A DNA stretch of 10,104 bases from Planctomycetaceae bacterium (GTDB taxonomy: Bacteria; Planctomycetota; Planctomycetia; Planctomycetales; Planctomycetaceae), in assembly GCA_027489895.1 (NCBI GenBank), contig JAIXZD010000126.1:1-10104 (forward strand), written 5' to 3'. Of this stretch, positions 6,621-10,104 are shown piece after piece. Made by a program: the position numbers and the translations under genes. Position 1 is the first letter of the stretch, and every line of letters starts with the position of its first letter. Below the pieces are notes generated by a model. That model had not been told where the DNA came from. It was given only the letters and a program-made list of their open reading frames with translations, and did not search any database.

Positions 6621-9600
6621 ATGCATTACATTCCCGATTCCGCCCGAGCACTTCTGGAAGGCAGTGCGGACGCGTCCTCGCGAACCGAGGCCGAGGGGAA
6701 CTTTCATCTGCGGTCGGCCCCGATCTATCTGCTGACCTTGCTGGTGGGCGGATTGCTGGCGACTGATCTCGTTGCGACGGCGCTAAACTCGGATCAGGCG
6801 GGAAGCAACTCGGGCTGGAGCACGACGTTCTGGGGGATTCGCTGGGCGGTCTGGGCGGCGGTGATTGGCGGCAGCCGGATTCTGGGGCAGACCGTTGACG
6901 GGCTGCTGTCGGGTCGGGTTGGAGCAGATCTGGCACTGACGATCGCCTGCGTCGCGGCGATTCTCGTGGGCGAACACCAGACGGCGGCCCTCGTCGTGCT
7001 GATCGCGTTGTTTGGCGAGTGCCTCGAGGGTTACACGGTCGATCGGGCCGGGCGAACGATTCGCAAACTCTGGCGCAACACGCCCGAGATGGTGCATGTG
7101 GTTCGCGGGGGGAAGGAGCTGGATGTTCCGGCGGCTGAGGTGACGGTCGGCGAAGTGTTGATTGTTCGTCCGGGAGAACGAATTCCCGTGGATGGACTGG
7201 TGCAATCGGGGCAGTCGGCTGTCGACGAAAGCAGCCTGAGCGGGGAAAGTCTGCCGCTGGAGAAACGGACGGGCGATCGTGTCTCGGCCGGAACGCGCAA
7301 CCAGTTTGGGTGGCTCACCCTTTCCGCAGAACGCGTGGGCGAGGCGACGACTTTTGCGCAACTGGTGACGCTGGTTACCGAGGCAGGGGCACGGAAAACC
7401 GGGTTGGAACGGGAAGCCGATCGCCTGGCGCGGTACTTTCTGCCTGCGGTCTTGCTGGCGGCCGGACTGACGCTGCTGGGTTGGCGGTGGTCGACGGGCG
7501 AATGGCAGCGGGGCGTTCTGCCGGCGTTGTCGGTGCTGGTGGTGGCGTGCCCGTGTGCGCTCACTTTGGCGACGCCGAGCGCGGTCGTGGCGGCGCTGGC
7601 GTGGCTGGCGCGACGGGGCGTGGTGGTGAAGGGGACGCAGGCGCTGGAACGACTGGCAGGAGTGGACCTCGTCGCCCTCGACAAGACCGGAACATTGACC
7701 ACGGGCGACCTGACACTCGTCACGACGCAACCTCTGGCCGGGCTGACTGGTTCAGAACTGCTGCGGTTGGTGGCCGCGGCCGAGCGGCCGAGCGAACATC
7801 CGCTGGCCAGGGCGCTCGTTCGGGCTGCCGACGAAGCCGGCGTTGTCGTGCCCCGGTGTACCGCGTTTCAGGCGATTCCCGGGCGGGGGGTACGGGCGGC
7901 GATTGATCTGGTCGACCTGCCGGCCGACCTGCGTCGGATGGTGTCCGGGGTTTCGGCTCAGCCCCACATTCTCGTGGGGACGCTCGCCTGGCTGGAGTCG
8001 CAAGGGGCCATGGCCCGCGATAGCAACCGGTTTCTTTTGGAAGAGCTGGCAGCGCGGGGTGAGGTGCCGTTGGGCGTCGCCCTGGTCTGGAATGAGGACG
8101 ATGCGGACGGGTCGGAGGTGGCGGGCGGTGCCCCGGTGATCCGCTTCCAGACTGCAGTTGCTGCGGGCGAATCTGGGACCGGATTGCCAACGGAGATAGC
8201 GTCGGGCGGACAGTGGCTGGGGCTGCTGGGACTGCGGGACGTGCTGCGCAGTTCGTCGGTCAGCGCGCTGGACGAGCTTCGCGAGTTGGGGCTGGTCGAT
8301 CTGGTGATGCTGTCCGGAGACCGCGAGGCGACGGCCGTGCGGATGGCGCGTGAGTCGGGGTTGATTCGCGAGACGGGCGCTGGGCGTGTCGTCGCCGAAC
8401 TGTCTCCTGCGGACAAAGCGCGATGGGTGACCGAGGCGCAGGCCGGTGGGCGAAAAGTGCTCATGGTGGGCGATGGGGTGAATGACGGTCCGGCGCTTGC
8501 CTCGGCGGAGGTCGGGGTGGCCGTCGCTCGTCCCGGAGCCACCGGCTCGCTCGCCGCGGAAGCTGGGGACATCGTGCTATTGGGTGATCCCATGGCGACG
8601 TTGCCGGGCCTGGTGCGGCTCTCGCGATCGCTGGTGGCTGTCATCCGGCAAGGCATCTACCTGTTTGCATTTGGGTTCAACGGGCTGGGAGTGTTGCTCT
8701 CGGCGGTAGGCTGGCTCAACCCGGTGGGCGGGGCGCTGTTTCACGAGGTGGCGTCGCTCGCGGTGATGGTCAATGCGCTCCGCCTGTTGTGGGTGGATGA
8801 CTGGCGGACGACCGCTTGGGGGCGGGGATTCGTCGCGACGAATCGCTGGCTGGACCGGGCGGCCGAACGCCTGGCTCCGAGTCGGATCGTCACGGCCCTG
8901 GCGAGCCAGGCGGGACGAGTCGGGCAGGTCGCGCTGGCGGGACTGGTCGCGGGCTGGCTCTGCTCGAACATCGTGTTTTTGCGGTCGGACGAGCAGGCGG
9001 TGATTCTGCGAAATGGACGATTTCGCGAGGTCGCGCAGGATGGCTGGCGGTGGGCTTGGCCGCGTCCCTTTGAGACGGTGATCAGGCTGCGTCCGGGAGA
9101 ACTGAGGAAGGTGACGATTGGGCCGGACAGCCCGACTCCCGCTCGTCTTCCAGGGGCCGATGCGCCGGTGATTGAATGGCAGGCCGAACATGGCGACGAG
9201 GAAGGCCTCGTGGCGGATGACCGACTGCTATTGGTCGCCGATGAAGTGGCCCTCGAACTGACGGCGGAAGTTCAATACCGCATTCGTGACGTGCGGGCGT
9301 TTGCCCTCGCCACGGCTGATGCCGAGCGCTCGATCCGCCTGTTGACCGAATCGCAACTGCGGGCACGCGTGGCGCGGCTGGCACTCGATGAACTGTTGAC
9401 CTCGGCGCGCGAGAGTTTGTCCCGCGCGACGCGTGAAGCGGTGCAGCAGGCGGCGGATAGTTCGGGGCTGGGCGTCGAGGTGGTGGAGGTCTGCCTGCTC
9501 GATGTGCATCCGCCCACGCCGGTCGTCCCCGCCTATCGCGATGTGGCCAACGCCCTCGAAGAAGAGCAGCAACTGAAGAACGCTGGGGAAGTCGAATACA

Positions 9601-10091
9601 CGCGGCAGATTCTGGCGGCCACGGGCGAACCGGGGTTGGCTCTGCTGGCAGGGGAACCGGTCGATCAACCGCTCGCCGAATCGGTCTGGGAGCGGCTCTC
9701 CGCCCGAGATGCGGCGGCACCGCTAGCGGGTCAGGCGGCGGTGTTGCTGGAAGCGGCGGAGGGACAGCGCATCGAGCGACGATCTCTGGCTGAGATCGAA
9801 GCAGCGCGGTGGAAGGCGCTCGCGACCGTGCTGCCCACGGGTCGGCCGCTCGTGGCGCTGGAACAGTTCTGGACGGCGATGGAACAAAGCCTCGCCGACC
9901 GTCCGCTGGTGGCGATCGACCCGGTGCTGGGGGGGCGACGTCAACTGCTGTTCGTCAATCCGCCCGCACCACCCGTCTTGAGCAGCGAAGCTCAAGACGC
10001 TGCCCGCGAGGCCGCGCGGGAGGCCCAGGAACAGCGCGACCAGGCGCCGTTTCTACGAAGAGAACCGGGGACAAGTTCCAACCCGCAATAG
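6621..10091 (+). CDS. Fusion protein. The N-terminal ~720 aa are a CPC-type P1B heavy-metal-translocating P-type ATPase with no N-terminal HMA metal-binding domain. The C-terminal ~430 aa carry an extra TM helix, an HflK/HflC-like SPFH (band-7/stomatin/prohibitin) domain, and an Ala/Glu/Arg-rich coiled-coil tail.
   Basis: P-type ATPase motifs: actuator [10 protein letters not shown] (TGES-like); TM6 [13 protein letters not shown] (CPC); phosphorylation site DKTGTLT (about nt 7680..7700); N-domain SEHPLARAL (HP); hinge [13 protein letters not shown] (about nt 8470..8505); eight predicted TM helices; terminal [19 protein letters not shown] (about nt 8730..8790). The frame then continues with no stop into a hydrophobic anchor, [21 protein letters not shown]. 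The SPFH part follows: [31 protein letters not shown] ... [19 protein letters not shown] ... [23 protein letters not shown] ... [35 protein letters not shown]. This is collinear with E. coli HflC/HflK (ITLRFGKV...PGLHFKIPFIE...DSYIKWRISD...LKRKFSDRLRSEIG...LGIEVVDVRIKQINLPTEVSEAIYNRMRAERE). Confidence 0.85.
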   Translation: MHYIPDSARALLEGSADASSRTEAEGNFHLRSAPIYLLTLLVGGLLATDLVATALNSDQAGSNSGWSTTFWGIRWAVWAAVIGGSRILGQTVDGLLSGRVGADLALTIACVAAILVGEHQTAALVVLIALFGECLEGYTVDRAGRTIRKLWRNTPEMVHVVRGGKELDVPAAEVTVGEVLIVRPGERIPVDGLVQSGQSAVDESSLSGESLPLEKRTGDRVSAGTRNQFGWLTLSAERVGEATTFAQLVTLVTEAGARKTGLEREADRLARYFLPAVLLAAGLTLLGWRWSTGEWQRGVLPALSVLVVACPCALTLATPSAVVAALAWLARRGVVVKGTQALERLAGVDLVALDKTGTLTTGDLTLVTTQPLAGLTGSELLRLVAAAERPSEHPLARALVRAADEAGVVVPRCTAFQAIPGRGVRAAIDLVDLPADLRRMVSGVSAQPHILVGTLAWLESQGAMARDSNRFLLEELAARGEVPLGVALVWNEDDADGSEVAGGAPVIRFQTAVAAGESGTGLPTEIASGGQWLGLLGLRDVLRSSSVSALDELRELGLVDLVMLSGDREATAVRMARESGLIRETGAGRVVAELSPADKARWVTEAQAGGRKVLMVGDGVNDGPALASAEVGVAVARPGATGSLAAEAGDIVLLGDPMATLPGLVRLSRSLVAVIRQGIYLFAFGFNGLGVLLSAVGWLNPVGGALFHEVASLAVMVNALRLLWVDDWRTTAWGRGFVATNRWLDRAAERLAPSRIVTALASQAGRVGQVALAGLVAGWLCSNIVFLRSDEQAVILRNGRFREVAQDGWRWAWPRPFETVIRLRPGELRKVTIGPDSPTPARLPGADAPVIEWQAEHGDEEGLVADDRLLLVADEVALELTAEVQYRIRDVRAFALATADAERSIRLLTESQLRARVARLALDELLTSARESLSRATREAVQQAADSSGLGVEVVEVCLLDVHPPTPVVPAYRDVANALEEEQQLKNAGEVEYTRQILAATGEPGLALLAGEPVDQPLAESVWERLSARDAAAPLAGQAAVLLEAAEGQRIERRSLAEIEAARWKALATVLPTGRPLVALEQFWTAMEQSLADRPLVAIDPVLGGRRQLLFVNPPAPPVLSSEAQDAAREAAREAQEQRDQAPFLRREPGTSSNPQ

Positions 10092-10104
10092 GTCGACAGC
10101 GCGA

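Noticed and set aside
6783-9720. Minus-strand ORFs antisense to the P-type ATPase/SPFH gene (6783..7730, 7031..7723, 7720..8190, 7958..8656, 8577..9191, 9082..9720, 9228..9668 and others), and plus-strand out-of-frame ORFs (7310..7906, 7843..8139, 8773..9003, 8816..9073).
   Set aside because: They overlap a gene with textbook P-type ATPase motifs (DKTGT, CPC, GDGVND, HP) and an SPFH domain in a single frame. Their translations are Arg/Pro/Ser-rich with no motifs.
1-10104. Search for tRNA/rRNA genes, CRISPR arrays, integrase or transposase genes, and phage or defence-system hallmarks.
   Set aside because: No cloverleaf-compatible tRNA signatures (for example a GGTTCGAATCC-like T-arm) and no regularly spaced direct repeats longer than the 27-bp tandem at 3683..3760. 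None of the ORFs shows recombinase, transposase or nuclease motifs. The window reads as ordinary chromosomal housekeeping and membrane genes, not a mobile or defence island.

Overview
High-GC (~65%) bacterial chromosomal window, probably Planctomycetota-like (no obvious Shine-Dalgarno sites, many GC-driven shadow ORFs). I support six protein-coding genes: (i) the 5' half of rsgA on the minus strand, running off the window start; (ii) a small FHA-domain protein just upstream on the same strand; (iii) a large dynamin-like P-loop GTPase with a C-terminal membrane hairpin; (iv) a ~200-aa GNAT acetyltransferase, over-extended in the ORF track; (v) a ChlI/BchI (MoxR-like) AAA+ ATPase; (vi) a 1156-aa ORF that is a CPC-type P1B heavy-metal P-type ATPase fused in frame to an HflK/HflC-like SPFH (band-7) domain. 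The most unusual features are that P-type-ATPase::SPFH fusion and a ~185-bp near-perfect long inverted repeat (1592..1775) built from six CACCAAG heptads in the divergent FHA/GTPase intergenic region. No tRNA, rRNA, CRISPR array or transposase gene was seen. Most other entries in the six-frame track, especially the long antisense ORFs, are high-GC shadow ORFs.
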